Assembly (NCBI GenBank): GCA_963812155.1
Contig: CAWETW010000003.1
Span: 416,001-480,000, forward strand
From: Vulcanimicrobiota bacterium
GTDB taxonomy: Bacteria > Vulcanimicrobiota > Vulcanimicrobiia > Vulcanimicrobiales > Vulcanimicrobiaceae
DNA length: 64,000 nt
Reading direction: 5' to 3'
Shown here: piece by piece, positions 11,422-22,158 of the stretch
Position numbering within the stretch: the first letter of the stretch is position 1
Layout of the letters: each line of letters begins with the position of its first letter
Made by a program: the position numbers and the translations under genes
The notes under the pieces: model-generated
The model's database searches: none
Told to the model about the DNA's origin: nothing
The model's input: only the letters and a program-made list of their open reading frames with translations

Positions 11422-14400
11422 ATGATTCGCCGTTTACTTCTTATCGCGGTCGCGCTCGTCGCCGCGGCCGTTTCGACCCATGCTCCGCTGCGCGCGCAGA
11501 GCGCGGAGAACCCGCAGCCGGCCGCCGCGCCGACCACGACGCCGACCGTATCGCCGTCTCCGACCCCCACGCCCGGGCCGGCCTTCGGAAATATGAAATG
11601 GCGGGAGATCGGACCGGCCGGAACGGGAGGTCGCGTCGCTGCGGTCGCGGGCTCGGCAACCGATCCGAAACTCTATTACATCGGCGCCGCGGGCGGCGGC
11701 GTCTGGAAATCGTCAAACGGCGGACAGACGTGGGATCCGGTCTTCGACAAGCATACCGCAGCCATCGGCGCGGTCACGATCGATCCCACGAACAACCAAA
11801 CGGTCTGGGTCGGAACCGGTGAGACGAACCCGCGCAACGACGTTTCGGTCGGCGACGGGCTCTATAAGACGACCGACGGGGGCGACACCTGGACCAACGT
11901 CGGCTTAAAAAATACGCGCTACATCTCGCGCATCGCGGTCGATCCGCGCAATCACAATCACGTCGTCGTCGGCGCGCTCGGCGACGCCTTTGCCGACTCG
12001 CAGGACCGCGGAATCTACGTGACCGACGACGGCGGCAAGACGTGGAAGCAAACGCTCTACGTGGGGCCGCAGAGCGGCGTCGCCGACCTCGCGATGAGCG
12101 CACAAGATCCAAACGTGCTCTTCGCCGGCGTGTGGCAGTTCCAGCGGCGGCCGTGGACCTTTACCAGCGGCGGCGACGCAGACGGGCTCTATAAGTCGAC
12201 CGACGGCGGCGCGACCTGGACGAAACTCACCGGCCACGGTTTGCCCGAGGGGACGCTCGGCCGCATCGGCGTCGCGGTCGCACCGAGCGACGGAAATCGC
12301 GTCTACGCGGTCATCGAATCGAAGAAGGGCGTGCTGTGGCGTTCCGACAACGGCGGCGCAGACTGGAAGATGGTCAGCGACGATTCCCGCGTCGACGCGC
12401 GCTTTTTCTACTTCTCGCACGTCGAAGTGGATCCGAAGAATCCGAACCGACTCTTTGCGCTCTCCTTCGAAGTCATGATGAGCACCGACGGCGGTCAAAC
12501 GTTCAAATCGGTCGCCGATGACGTGCACAGCGATTTTCACGCCATTTGGATCGCGCCCAACGATCCCACGCGCGCGATCATCGGTCACGACGGCGGTATC
12601 GTGCTCACCGTCGACGGCGGCCAGAACTGGTTCTTCCCGGGCAACATGCCGATCGGCCAAGTCTACCGCGTCGGTTTGGGCAACGACAATCCGTATACCG
12701 TCTGCGCCGGCCTGCAAGATAACAACGGCTGGTGCGGCCCGTCGAACTCGCTCGATCCGTCCGGCATTCAGAACAAGAATTGGATCGCCACGGCGGGCGG
12801 CGACGGAACGTGGGGCATTCCCGAACCCGACGATCCGAACTGGATTTGGTCGGACTCGCAAGACGGTTCGCTCGGCGTCTACAATCGCGTAACGCAAGAC
12901 GGATGGTCGGCACAGCCCTACCTGCAAAACGGCAAAGAGTCGTGGGAACTGAACACGAGCAAGTATCGCTTCAACTGGGAATCGCCGCTTGCGTTCGCGC
13001 CGTGGCGCAGCTCGAGCGGGAAGCTCATCGCGTGGTACGGCGGCAACGTTGTCTTTCAAACCACGGACCGCGGACGCTCGTGGACCGTCATCAGCCCCGA
13101 TCTCACGCGCAACGACAAATCGCATCAGAACCCCGCCGGCGGCCCCATCAATAACGACGTGTCGGGCGCCGAGTATACCGACACGATTCTGGATATCGAG
13201 GCCTCGCAACGCACGAATGGCGAGATCTGGGTCGGCACCGACGACGGAGTGGTGCAGCTGACGCGCGACGGCGGCAAGCACTGGAGCAACGTGACGCCCG
13301 CAGGCGCGCCGCAGAACGGCCGCTTCGCGACCGTCGCGCCGTCGACGCTGGTCGCCGGCACGGCATACGCCATCGAAGACGATCACGAAATGGGCGACAG
13401 CGCTCCGTGGGCGTTCGTCACCCGCGACTATGGTCGGACCTGGACGAAAATCGTCGACGGATTGCCGGCCGACCAGTGGGCGCGGTCCATCCGCCCCGAC
13501 ATTCGCGATCGCAACATCGTCTATCTCGGCAACGAAGAAGGCATCTACATTTCATTCGATGCCGGCGCGCACTGGCAATCGTTCCAAAACGATTTGCCCA
13601 AGGTATCGGTGCACGACATCCGCATGCAGCCGCGCGAGGACGACATCGTCATCGCGACGCACGGCCGCAGCGTCTACATCATGGACGACGTGCGCGCGGT
13701 GCAAGAACTGCAATCGGCGGTTTCGACCGGGACCGCGCTGTTTGCGCCGCGCAAAGCCTACGAGTGGTCGCTGCACGAAAACGACGAAGGGACCTACACC
13801 AACTTCGCGGCGGACAATCCGCCGTACGGCGTGATGATCACGTATTATCAAAAGGAGCCGCAGAAGAGCGCGCCGTCGCTGGATATCCTCGATGCAAACG
13901 GCCGCGTGATTCGCAGCGTATCCGGAACGCACAAAGTCGGCGGTAAAGACGTGCCGTACGTTTCGAATGAAGTGGGATTGAATCGTTACGTCTGGGACTT
14001 TGCCGTCAACGGTCCGGTGCGCTGGAACGCTCCGACGCAAGAGTTTCTCAAAGGCCCGCGGACCGGACCCGGTGTCGTGCCGGGCAACTACGCGGTACGC
14101 ATGACGCTCTCGGGCCACACCTACGTGCAGCGGTTCAGCGTCGGGCCCGATCTACGTTCGCGTTTCACCCAGGCCGAGTATCAGCAGACGTTCGACGAAG
14201 CGATGCGGCAGATGACGCGTCTTTCGAAGGTGGATACGATGCTCAATAATCTCGACGACGTCAAGAAGGCGCTAACTACGGGCACGGATGCGGCGAATAA
14301 GGCCAATGCGACGGCGTTGACGACGAAGCTGCAAGACACGCAGACGGCGCTTACGACGCTCTACGATTCGCTGGCGGCGAACGTGCGCGGCGAAGGCACC

Positions 14401-14625
14401 GAGGACGAGACGAAGCTTCAGCAAGATCAACTCGGCGCGTACTTCACGTCGACCGGTCTCATCACGCCGGCGGTGACCGAATTCATCGCGCGCGTCAACG
14501 TCGACTATCGCGCCGGCATCGGACGTTACAATGACTTCGTCAACAAGGTTCTTCCGGGCGCCAATGCGGCGCTGAAAGCAGGCGGGCAGAAGGCGCTACC
14601 CGCAATTTCCACAATGACTCCGTAA
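11422..14625 (+). CDS. VPS10/sortilin-like BNR-repeat beta-propeller protein (glycosyl hydrolase-like), secreted
   Basis: Signal peptide, WREIGP..GGRV, many S/T-x-D-G-G-x-T-W Asp-box repeats, YRFNW, ATHGRS. Confidence 0.9.
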   Translation: MIRRLLLIAVALVAAAVSTHAPLRAQSAENPQPAAAPTTTPTVSPSPTPTPGPAFGNMKWREIGPAGTGGRVAAVAGSATDPKLYYIGAAGGGVWKSSNGGQTWDPVFDKHTAAIGAVTIDPTNNQTVWVGTGETNPRNDVSVGDGLYKTTDGGDTWTNVGLKNTRYISRIAVDPRNHNHVVVGALGDAFADSQDRGIYVTDDGGKTWKQTLYVGPQSGVADLAMSAQDPNVLFAGVWQFQRRPWTFTSGGDADGLYKSTDGGATWTKLTGHGLPEGTLGRIGVAVAPSDGNRVYAVIESKKGVLWRSDNGGADWKMVSDDSRVDARFFYFSHVEVDPKNPNRLFALSFEVMMSTDGGQTFKSVADDVHSDFHAIWIAPNDPTRAIIGHDGGIVLTVDGGQNWFFPGNMPIGQVYRVGLGNDNPYTVCAGLQDNNGWCGPSNSLDPSGIQNKNWIATAGGDGTWGIPEPDDPNWIWSDSQDGSLGVYNRVTQDGWSAQPYLQNGKESWELNTSKYRFNWESPLAFAPWRSSSGKLIAWYGGNVVFQTTDRGRSWTVISPDLTRNDKSHQNPAGGPINNDVSGAEYTDTILDIEASQRTNGEIWVGTDDGVVQLTRDGGKHWSNVTPAGAPQNGRFATVAPSTLVAGTAYAIEDDHEMGDSAPWAFVTRDYGRTWTKIVDGLPADQWARSIRPDIRDRNIVYLGNEEGIYISFDAGAHWQSFQNDLPKVSVHDIRMQPREDDIVIATHGRSVYIMDDVRAVQELQSAVSTGTALFAPRKAYEWSLHENDEGTYTNFAADNPPYGVMITYYQKEPQKSAPSLDILDANGRVIRSVSGTHKVGGKDVPYVSNEVGLNRYVWDFAVNGPVRWNAPTQEFLKGPRTGPGVVPGNYAVRMTLSGHTYVQRFSVGPDLRSRFTQAEYQQTFDEAMRQMTRLSKVDTMLNNLDDVKKALTTGTDAANKANATALTTKLQDTQTALTTLYDSLAANVRGEGTEDETKLQQDQLGAYFTSTGLITPAVTEFIARVNVDYRAGIGRYNDFVNKVLPGANAALKAGGQKALPAISTMTP

Positions 14626-17600
14626 TGAACGCGCTGCGCGCCGCCGTGCTGGTGTCGGCGTTGGCGGCAGCCGGCGCTGCGCCGGCGGCAGCCGCATCTG
14701 CACCGCAGGGTTCTCCGGGGTTCGGTAACCTCACGTGGCGTTCGATCGGACCGGCGGTGGCCGGCGGTCGCGTCGCAGCCGTTGCCGGTACGCCGCAAGA
14801 CGATCGTCTCTACTACGTCGGCACGGCCGGCGGCGGCGTGTGGAAGAGCGTGAACGGCGGAGCGACGTGGGATCCCGTCTTCGACAAGCAACCGTCGCCG
14901 GCGATCGGTGCGATCGCGATCGACCCGCGCAACGAAAGCGTCGTCTACGCGGGCACCGGCGAAAGCAATCCGCGCAACGACGTGAGCTACGGCGACGGAC
15001 TCTATAAATCGACCGACGGCGGCAAAACGTGGAGCAACGCCGGTCTGCGCGGTACGCGGCATATTTCCCGTATCGTTATCGATCCGAAGAATCCGGCGCA
15101 CCTCGTTGTCGGCGCGCTCGGCGACGTTTTCGCCGATTCGCCCGACCGCGGCGTTTACGTTTCGTACGATGCCGGGCGCTCGTGGCGTAAAACGCTTTAC
15201 GTGGGCCCCCGCAGCGGTGCGAGCGACGTGGCGATGGACGTTCGCAATCCCGATGTCGTCTACGCCGGGATCTGGGAGTTTCGCCGGCAGCCGTGGACGT
15301 TCGGCAGCGGCGGCCCGGACGACGGACTCTACCGTTCGAGCGACGGCGGTAAAACGTGGAAACGCTTGAGCGGGAACGGATTGCCGGCGGGCATCACCGG
15401 TCGCATCGGGCTCGCCGTCGCTCCGAGCGACGGCAATCGGGTCTACGCGCTGATCGAAGCCAAGGGTGGAATTCTATGGCGCTCCGACGATGCCGGTGCA
15501 ACCTGGAAGATGACGTCGAGCGACACGCTCGTCGATCAGCGGCCGTTTTACTTTTCACACATCGCCGTCGATCCGCGCAATCGCGATCACGTCTACGCCG
15601 TTTCCGAAGCGCTCTCCGAGAGTAAGGACGGCGGCAAAAAATTCACCGAGATCGCAAAAGACGTGCACGTCGACTACCATGCGATTTGGATCGCACCGAA
15701 CGAGCCCTCGCGCATCATCGTCGGCGAGGACGGCGGCTATGCGATCACGACCGATGGCGGCAAGACGTGGCCGTTCTCGCGAAACCTCGCGATCGGCCAG
15801 TTCTACCACATCGCAGCCTCGAACGAAAACCCGTATTGGGTGTGCGGCGGCCTGCAGGACAACAGCGCGTTCTGCGGTCCGTCGAACTCGCTCGACCGCG
15901 AAGGTATTTCCGATGGAGCGTGGATGAACGTCGTCGGCGGCGACGGCATGTGGGCGGTTCCGGATCCGATCGATCCGAACCTAATTTGGACGGACCTTCA
16001 GGACGGCCGCGTTTCGATTTTCAATCGCAAGACGCAGACCAGCCGCTTCATCCTTCCCTATTACGATTTCGCAAAGAACGACTTCGACGTCGCGCAGAGC
16101 AAATATCGCTTCAACTGGGATTCGCCGATTGCGTTCGCGCCGTGGGACGGCCACGTCGCCTGGTATGGCGGCAACGTCGTCTTTCAAACCAGCGATCGCG
16201 GCGAACATTGGACGCCGATCAGTCCCGACCTCACGCTCGATCTCAAAGAGCACCAGCACCCCGCCGGCGGTCCGCTGGCCTACGACGTATCCGGAGCCGA
16301 GTATTCCGACACGATTCTCACCATCGAAGGCTCCTCGTTGCTCAAAGGCGAGATTTGGGTGGGCACCGATGACGGACTCGTTCAACTCACGCGCGACGGC
16401 GGCGCGCACTGGCAGAACGTCACGCCGCCCGGCGTCGCGCCGTACGGGCGCGTCGAGACGGTTGCGCCGTCGCCGCTTGCGCGACGGCATGGCCTACGCC
16501 AACGTCGACCGTCATCGCTCGGGCGATTACGCACCATATCTGTTCGTAACGACGGATTATGGAAAAACCTGGACCAAGATCGTGAACGGGTTGCCGCCGA
16601 ACGAGTACGTGCGCACGGTGCGGCCGGATTCGGTCACGCCGCAGCTCGCATACGCAGGCACCGAACGCGGCATTTACGTGTCGTACGACGCCGGCGCGCA
16701 TTGGCAGAGCCTGCAGTTGAATCTGCCGCCGGTCTCGGTGCGCGATATTCGCGTGCAGCCGCAGTTCAACGACCTGCTCGTCGCGACGCACGGGCGGGCG
16801 TTGTGGATCATGGATTCGATTGCGGCGCTGCAGGGCAATCCGGGCGCGCAGGGAGCCGGCATCGCCCTGTTCCCGATGCGCGCGGCGTACGAGTACCACC
16901 AGCACTCCAACGATCTCGGGCTCTACACGCGGTTCGCCGGCGAAAATCCGCCGCTCGGCGCGATCGTCGATTTCTATCAGGCTCGCCCGCAAGGCAAGAC
17001 GCCCGTCATCGAAATTCTCGACGCCAAAGGCAACGTCGTGCGCCGCGTGACCGGGACGCATAAAGTAAAGGAGAAAGACGTCCCCGACGTGCCGAACAAA
17101 ATCGGCGTCAATCGCTACGTGTGGGATTTCCACGAAGACGGGCCCGTGCAGTGGATGGGTGCGGCGCGCGAAGAGTATCGCGGCCCAAAGACCGGCGCGC
17201 TCGTGGTACCTGGAACGTACACGGTCCGGATGACGCTCGACGGGAAGCCGCTGACGCAGAACGTCGTGGTGAAGCCCGATCCGCGCGACGGCTGGACGCA
17301 GGCCGACTACGAAGCGGGTTACGCATTCAGCAAGAAGTATCTCGGCGACTACGGCAAGATCGACACGGTGCTCAACAATCTCGATGCGTTGAAGAAGTCG
17401 CTCGCAGCCGCGTCGCAGGCGGCGTCGAAAGCCGGCAATGCGTCGCTGGTATCGCAAATCGCGTCGGCGGAGTCGGCGCGCGCCGTCGTGTTCGCGATGT
17501 TTACCGCCGACTATCACAACGACGAGGATTCGATCCAGCGTCCCGGCGCATTGCGTGAGGACGTTCCCAGCGGTGGTTTTCTCCGCGGCGGAAACCAGCC

Positions 17601-17763
17601 GCCGACCGCGTCGCTTTTGGAATATGCCGCGCGCTTCGACACTGCGTACGCCGACGCGTTCGCAAAATACAACGCCTACGTCAACGGACTCTCACCGCTG
17701 CAGGCGGCGCTCGCCACCGCCGGCATCGCAGCCCTCACCGGCGCCACCCCCGTCTCACCTTAA
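14625..17763 (+). CDS. Second VPS10/BNR-repeat paralog with frameshift at about 16482
   Basis: Colinear with the upstream paralog; reading frame switches from ...VAPSPL to DGMAYANVDRHRSGD (ORFs 14625-17063 and 16129-17763). Confidence 0.88.
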
Positions 17764-17768
17764 CGCTT

Positions 17769-17993
17769 TGTCATCCTGAGCGGAGCGCGCCCCTGTCATC
17801 CTGAGCGGAGCGCCGCAGGCGCGCAGTCGAAGGACCCGCGCACTGTCATCCCGAGCGGAGCGTGCGCCCCATGTCATCCCGAGCGGAGCGCCGCCCCATG
17901 TCATCCCGAGCGGAGCGCCGCCCCATGTCATCCTGAGCGAAGCGCGCTCCATGTCATCCTGAGCGAAGCGCCGTAGGCGCGCAGTCGAAGGAC
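17769..17993 (+). repeat. REP-like array, 7 units of TGTCATCCYGAGCGRAGCG (left flank of the GIY-YIG gene)
   Basis: Unit starts at 17769, 17794, 17844, 17872, 17899, 17926, 17952; units 2 and 7 are complete and end in GCGCAGTCGAAGGAC. Confidence 0.95.
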
Positions 17994-18044
17994 GCGCCAG
18001 CCAACGCGTCTTGCCGTTTTTCCGCGCGGCGCAGATGAAGCGAC

Positions 18045-18356
18045 GTGGAGAAATACTTCGTTTACATGTTGCTTTGCGCGGACGATTCATTCTACGTCGG
18101 CGTCACGAACAATGTGGAAGGACGCGTATGGCAGCACAACACGGGCTGGGACGCCGATTCCTACACGCATCGGCGTCGTCCCGTCCAGTTGGTACACTGC
18201 TCGGGTTTCAGGAACGTTTTCGATGCAATCAGTTGGGAGAAGCAACTCAAGGGATGGTCACGCGCCAAGAAGCGCGCTCTCATGCATGACGATTGGCAGG
18301 GCGTTCATCAGATCGTTACCAACGAGCGCCGCAGGCGCAAAAAACAGAAAGCGTAG
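18045..18356 (+). CDS. GIY-YIG nuclease (small UPF0213/YhbQ-like)
   Basis: YFVYMLLCADDSFYVGVTNNVEGRVWQH...YTHRRRPV...AISWEKQLKGWSRAKK; conserved Tyr, Arg, His and Glu residues. Confidence 0.92.
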   Translation: MEKYFVYMLLCADDSFYVGVTNNVEGRVWQHNTGWDADSYTHRRRPVQLVHCSGFRNVFDAISWEKQLKGWSRAKKRALMHDDWQGVHQIVTNERRRRKKQKA

Positions 18357-18358
18357 CC

Positions 18359-18565
18359 GTCCTTCGACTGCGGCGTGCTTCGCACGCCTTCGCTCAGGAT
18401 GACATAGTGAGGTGGCGTGCTTCGGACGCCTTCGCTCAGGATGACATAGTGAGGTGGCGTGCTTCGCACGCCTTCGCTCAGGATGAGTGAGATGGCGTGC
18501 TTCGCACGCCTTCGCTCGAGATGACCGAGGAGCTCCGCTCGGGATGACACCGACATCCGCTCAGG
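18359..18565 (-). repeat. REP-like array in inverted orientation (right flank of the GIY-YIG gene), 5 units plus 1 remnant
   Basis: CGCTCAGGATGACA-type ends at 18404, 18446, 18486, 18525, 18549; about 42-bp period; complete unit 18359-18404 starts 2 nt after the nuclease stop. Confidence 0.95.
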
Positions 18566-18577
18566 CGGCGAGGGCAC

Positions 18578-18635
18578 TTGACGAGAGCGATACCGTGTGG
18601 TACACACTATGTGTACTACACTATATGCCACATAG
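18578..18635 (+). promoter_or_regulatory. Putative sigma70 promoter and PadR operator
   Basis: TTGACG at 18578 followed 17 bp later by TACACA; AT-rich; inverted repeat CTATGTG (18607-18613) / CACATAG (18629-18635). Confidence 0.45.
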
Positions 18636-18641
18636 GAAACG

Positions 18642-19004
18642 ATGAACGAAGGCGCCCTCGAGAACTTGCGCTTGGAACTGCGGCGGGGTTCGGTGATCTT
18701 GGCGGTCCTGGGCGAGCTGCGCACCGAGCGGTACGGTTACGTGCTGCGTCGGGCGCTCGCCGAACGGGGACTGGAGATCGACGAAAATACCCTCTACCCG
18801 CTGCTCCGGCGCCTCGAGGATCAGGGTTTGCTCACCAGCGTCTGGCGCGAAGAGGAGAAGCGGCGGAAGCGCTTCTACCGCCTGTCGCCCGGCGGAGCGG
18901 AGACCCTCGAGCGTTTGACGGACGAATGGCGCCGTCTGAACGACTCGCTCGAGAGAATTCTCGATGAATCCGCGCATCGTCCCATCGCCGTTTCCGGGGA
19001 GTAA
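18642..19004 (+). CDS. PadR family transcriptional regulator
   Basis: ELRRG..ILAVL...YGY...ENTLYPLLRRLEDQGLL..W...RRKRFYRLS. Confidence 0.93.
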   Translation: MNEGALENLRLELRRGSVILAVLGELRTERYGYVLRRALAERGLEIDENTLYPLLRRLEDQGLLTSVWREEEKRRKRFYRLSPGGAETLERLTDEWRRLNDSLERILDESAHRPIAVSGE

Positions 19005-19009
19005 TCGGA

Positions 19010-20138
19010 ATGGAACTCATCGATCGCTACGTCCAAGCCGTCGGAACGTATCTGCCTCGAGCGCAACGCTCCGACATCGTCGACGAACTCTCCGAAGACC
19101 TGCGGTGCGAAGTCGACGATCGCCAGCGCAGTCTCGGGCGTCCGCTCACCGAAGCCGAAGAAGAAGCGCTGCTGCTCCAGCGCGGCCATCCGATGACCGT
19201 TGCGGGCGCGTATTTGCCGCAGCAATCGCTGATCGGACCGGCACTCCTTCCAGCGTATCACCTTCGTGCTCAAACTCGTGATCGCGGTATTCGCCGTCAT
19301 CTTCATGCTGATCGTCGGGCCGATCCGCATTGGTGAGGGTGCCGGCACCCTCGAAGCGATCGCGACGTCGGCGATGAACCTCTGGATCTACGTTTGGATT
19401 CCGATCGGCATCGTGACGGTCGTTTTCGCTGCGGTCGAGCGCGCCCAGCAGCGCGACGCCGGCTACGGATGGAATCCTCGCTCGCTCCCAGGGGTTGGCA
19501 ACGTCAGCCTCATTCCTCGTTCGGAATCGATCGCGCAAGCCGCGTTCGGCACGATCTTCGTTCTGTGGTGGGCGAGCGGCGCTCCGATGTTACCGGCCGG
19601 CGATGCCGCGAGCGTGCAGCATTCGATGCTGCGGCTGTTCGTGCCGGTGCTGTTCGTCGCGCTGTGCTCGGTGGCGCTTGGCGTCGCCAACGCCTTGCAT
19701 CCGTATTGGTCGCGCTTACGCCTCGCGCTGCGGGTAGGGATCGACGCGCTGACGGCAGCGATCGCGCTGTGGATCGTTAGCGCCTGCTGGAGCGGCATCG
19801 TCGTGGACGCGTCGCAATTGAATCATCCGCAACTGCTCTCCGCCGGCCAATGGACGAACCTCAGTCTGGCACTCGGGCTCGCCGTCACGGCCGTTATCGC
19901 AGCGATATCCTGCGTCGCGTATGCGGTTCGTCTCGTGCGTCTTGTTCGTGTCGCGAGGATGCCGCTACAGAAGGCGTTTGAGGAACGTCTCGTGTTTGAA
20001 CGAAGCGCTCTTTCCGAAGCGCACGATGACGGCGTCGAGCGACGGCACGAGATAGAGCGCCTGGCCGCCCGCACCGCTCGCGTATGCCGACATCGCGAAG
20101 GCGCGCGCGGAGGCGCGAGCCACCATCCCAGGCCGTAG
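19010..20138 (+). CDS. PadR-associated membrane protein, frameshift at about 19262; 3' end uncertain
   Basis: MELIDRYVQAVGTYLPRAQRSDIVDEL...GHP...LIGPALLPAY continues in another frame into several transmembrane helices. Confidence 0.75.
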
Positions 20139-20789
20139 CGCGCGTTTGCCGCCGACCCCGTGAAGCACTCGGCGAGCGAGTCGCGTTCGCGCAACACGTA
20201 GCGGCCGTATGCAAGCCAGTTTTCGGCGGTGAGAAACGCGCCCGTCGGCAGCGGGTGAGTACCGTCGGAAAGGGTGCGCCACTTCGCGACTTCGACGCCG
20301 GCGGGCCGTAGAATGCGCTCGCGCAGGTAGTCGTGCGGCGTTTGGCTGCGAGCTGCGAGTTTGCGCGCGAGCACGGCGCCGAAAACCTGCAGCGCGATGC
20401 CGCCATAGGTGAACGTCGTTCCGGGTTCGTTCTTGAGCGTCATTCCCAGCGCGCGATCGTACGTCGGCACGGCGCTGCCCGAGCCCGCCGAATCCGAACC
20501 CGGCCGTGAGCGCGAGCAGCATGCGCAGCGTCACGCGCCGTTTCCACGGATCGTCGCGCCACGATTCGACGGTTGAGGCAACCGGTTCGTCGAGTTCCAG
20601 CAGCCCGTCGGATTGCGCCGCCAACGCCACCGGTCCCCAAAAACTCTTCGTTCCGCTGTAAAGCGCGTGCGGCGTTCGCGCCTCGAATGCGTCGCCGTAT
20701 TCGCACGCGAGCGTCTCGCCGCCACGCGTTATGACGAGCGCCTCCAGCGCGTGTTTGCGCGCGTACTCGATTGCAGCGTCCATCTGCAT
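19965..20789 (-). CDS. Serine hydrolase (beta-lactamase class C-like) with internal frameshifts at about 20478 and 20095
   Basis: SGTK motif and LL.LT.G at the N-terminus; middle part (PGTTFTYG...YGLGWW) in another frame; C-terminal ASGAGGQALYLVPSLDAVIVR. Confidence 0.8.
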   Translation of the reverse strand: MQMDAAIEYARKHALEALVITRGGETLACEYGDAFEARTPHALYSGTKSFWGPVALAAQSDGLLELDEPVASTVESWRDDPWKRRVTLRMLLALTAGFGFGGLGQRRADVRSRAGNDAQERTRNDVHLWRHRAAGFRRRARAQTRSSQPNAARLPARAHSTARRRRSREVAHPFRRYSPAADGRVSHRRKLACIRPLRVARTRLARRVLHGVGGKRALRPGMVARASARAFAMSAYASGAGGQALYLVPSLDAVIVRFGKSASFKHETFLKRLL

Positions 20790-20827
20790 CGGAAGGGCGT
20801 TCGACCGCCGGTAAGAAAAGCGCCTTC

Positions 20828-22153
20828 ATGAGGCCCTACGTCCTTTTGGTCGCCTCGGTCGCCGCGTTGGGAGGATTGCTCTTCGGTTACGACACCGGGG
20901 TGATCTCCGGCGCAATTCTTTTCATTAGCAAAGACTTCTCGCTCAGCACGAAGCTGCAAGAGTTCACGATCAGCGTCGTGCTGATCGGGTGCATCGGGGG
21001 TGCGGCGGTGGCAGGCACCGTCGCCGACGCGATCGGCCGGCGTCTGACGCTCTTTGCCGCCGGCGTGATTTTCCTCGTGGGCGCGCTGGTGTCGGCGTTT
21101 ACGCCGGACGAAACGACGCTGCTCGCGGGGCGTTTCGTCGTCGGCATCGGCATCGGTTTCAGTTCGGTCGTCGCGCCGCTCTACATTTCGGAGGTCGCGC
21201 CGGCGGCCGTTCGCGGCGCGCTCGTCTCGCTCTATCAGTTTGCGATCACGGTGGGCATCCTCGGTGCGTATCTCATCGACTACGTATTCGCGCGCGGGGG
21301 CCAGTGGCGCGAAATGCTCGGCTTCGCCGTCGTTCCTTCGCTCGTCCTGATCGTCGGGATGATTTTCATGCCGGAGAGCCCGCGGTACCTGTTCCGGCGC
21401 GGTCACGACTCTCGCGCACGCGACGAACTCCAGCGTATCGCCGTCGATCGCGCCGCGTCGGACGAAGAGGAGCGGTCGATTCGCGAGAGCCTGAAGGTCA
21501 AGAGCGCCGGTTTCGCCGCCTTCAAGGCGCCGGCGGTGGGGTTGGCGCTCTTCATCGGCGTGACGCTCGCCCTCTTGCAGCAAGTGACCGGCATCAACAC
21601 GGTAATCTACTACGGTCCGCAAATTTTTCAAATGGCCGGCATCGGTTCGGATGCGGCGTCGATCCTCGCGCAGACATTGGTCGGCACGGTCAACGTCGTG
21701 CTGACGCTGGTCGCGATCTTTTTCGTCGACCGCGTCGGACGCAAGCCGCTGCTGTATATCGGCTTGGCCGGCATGTTTCTTGCGCTGGCGACCCTCGGCA
21801 TCGCGTTCGCGCAGCCGCACCTCTCAGGATCGCTCGGCACGATCGCGCTGGCGAGCATGATGGTTTACGTCGGTTGTTTCGCCTTTAGCCTCGGGCCGAT
21901 CGTCTGGCTCCTCATATCGGAGATCTTCCCGTTGCCGGTGCGCGGCTTGGGCATGTCGATTTCGACGCTCGCGAACTGGGTAGGAAACTTTCTAGTGTCG
22001 CAATTCTTCCTCACCATGATTAACAAGCTCGGGCGGCCGCTCACGTTCTGGGTGTATGCGGCGCTTTGCATCGTGACCATTCTCTTCGTTCGGGCGATGG
22101 TGCCCGAGACCAAACGCGAACTGCTCGAAGACATTCGCGTCCAACCGGCGTAG
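20828..22153 (+). CDS. Sugar porter family MFS transporter
   Basis: GGLLFGYDTGVISGA, YISEVAP..RG, PESPR, QQVTGIN..IYY, DRVGRK, PETK. Confidence 0.95.
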   Translation: MRPYVLLVASVAALGGLLFGYDTGVISGAILFISKDFSLSTKLQEFTISVVLIGCIGGAAVAGTVADAIGRRLTLFAAGVIFLVGALVSAFTPDETTLLAGRFVVGIGIGFSSVVAPLYISEVAPAAVRGALVSLYQFAITVGILGAYLIDYVFARGGQWREMLGFAVVPSLVLIVGMIFMPESPRYLFRRGHDSRARDELQRIAVDRAASDEEERSIRESLKVKSAGFAAFKAPAVGLALFIGVTLALLQQVTGINTVIYYGPQIFQMAGIGSDAASILAQTLVGTVNVVLTLVAIFFVDRVGRKPLLYIGLAGMFLALATLGIAFAQPHLSGSLGTIALASMMVYVGCFAFSLGPIVWLLISEIFPLPVRGLGMSISTLANWVGNFLVSQFFLTMINKLGRPLTFWVYAALCIVTILFVRAMVPETKRELLEDIRVQPA

Positions 22154-22158
22154 CGCGT

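Noticed and set aside
17769..18565. CRISPR array or classical IS with terminal inverted repeats
   Set aside because: Linkers are short and non-unique, there is no DDE or HUH transposase, and I saw no target-site duplication.
17755..18724. ORFs 17755-18090 and 18308-18724 with repeated peptides (LRMT, VILSEG)
   Set aside because: Translations of the DNA repeats, antisense to the real GIY-YIG and padR genes.
19965..20138. 174-nt convergent overlap between the membrane protein and the serine hydrolase
   Set aside because: The tail is not protein-like and the region contains several indels; more likely a lost stop or error than a functional overlap.
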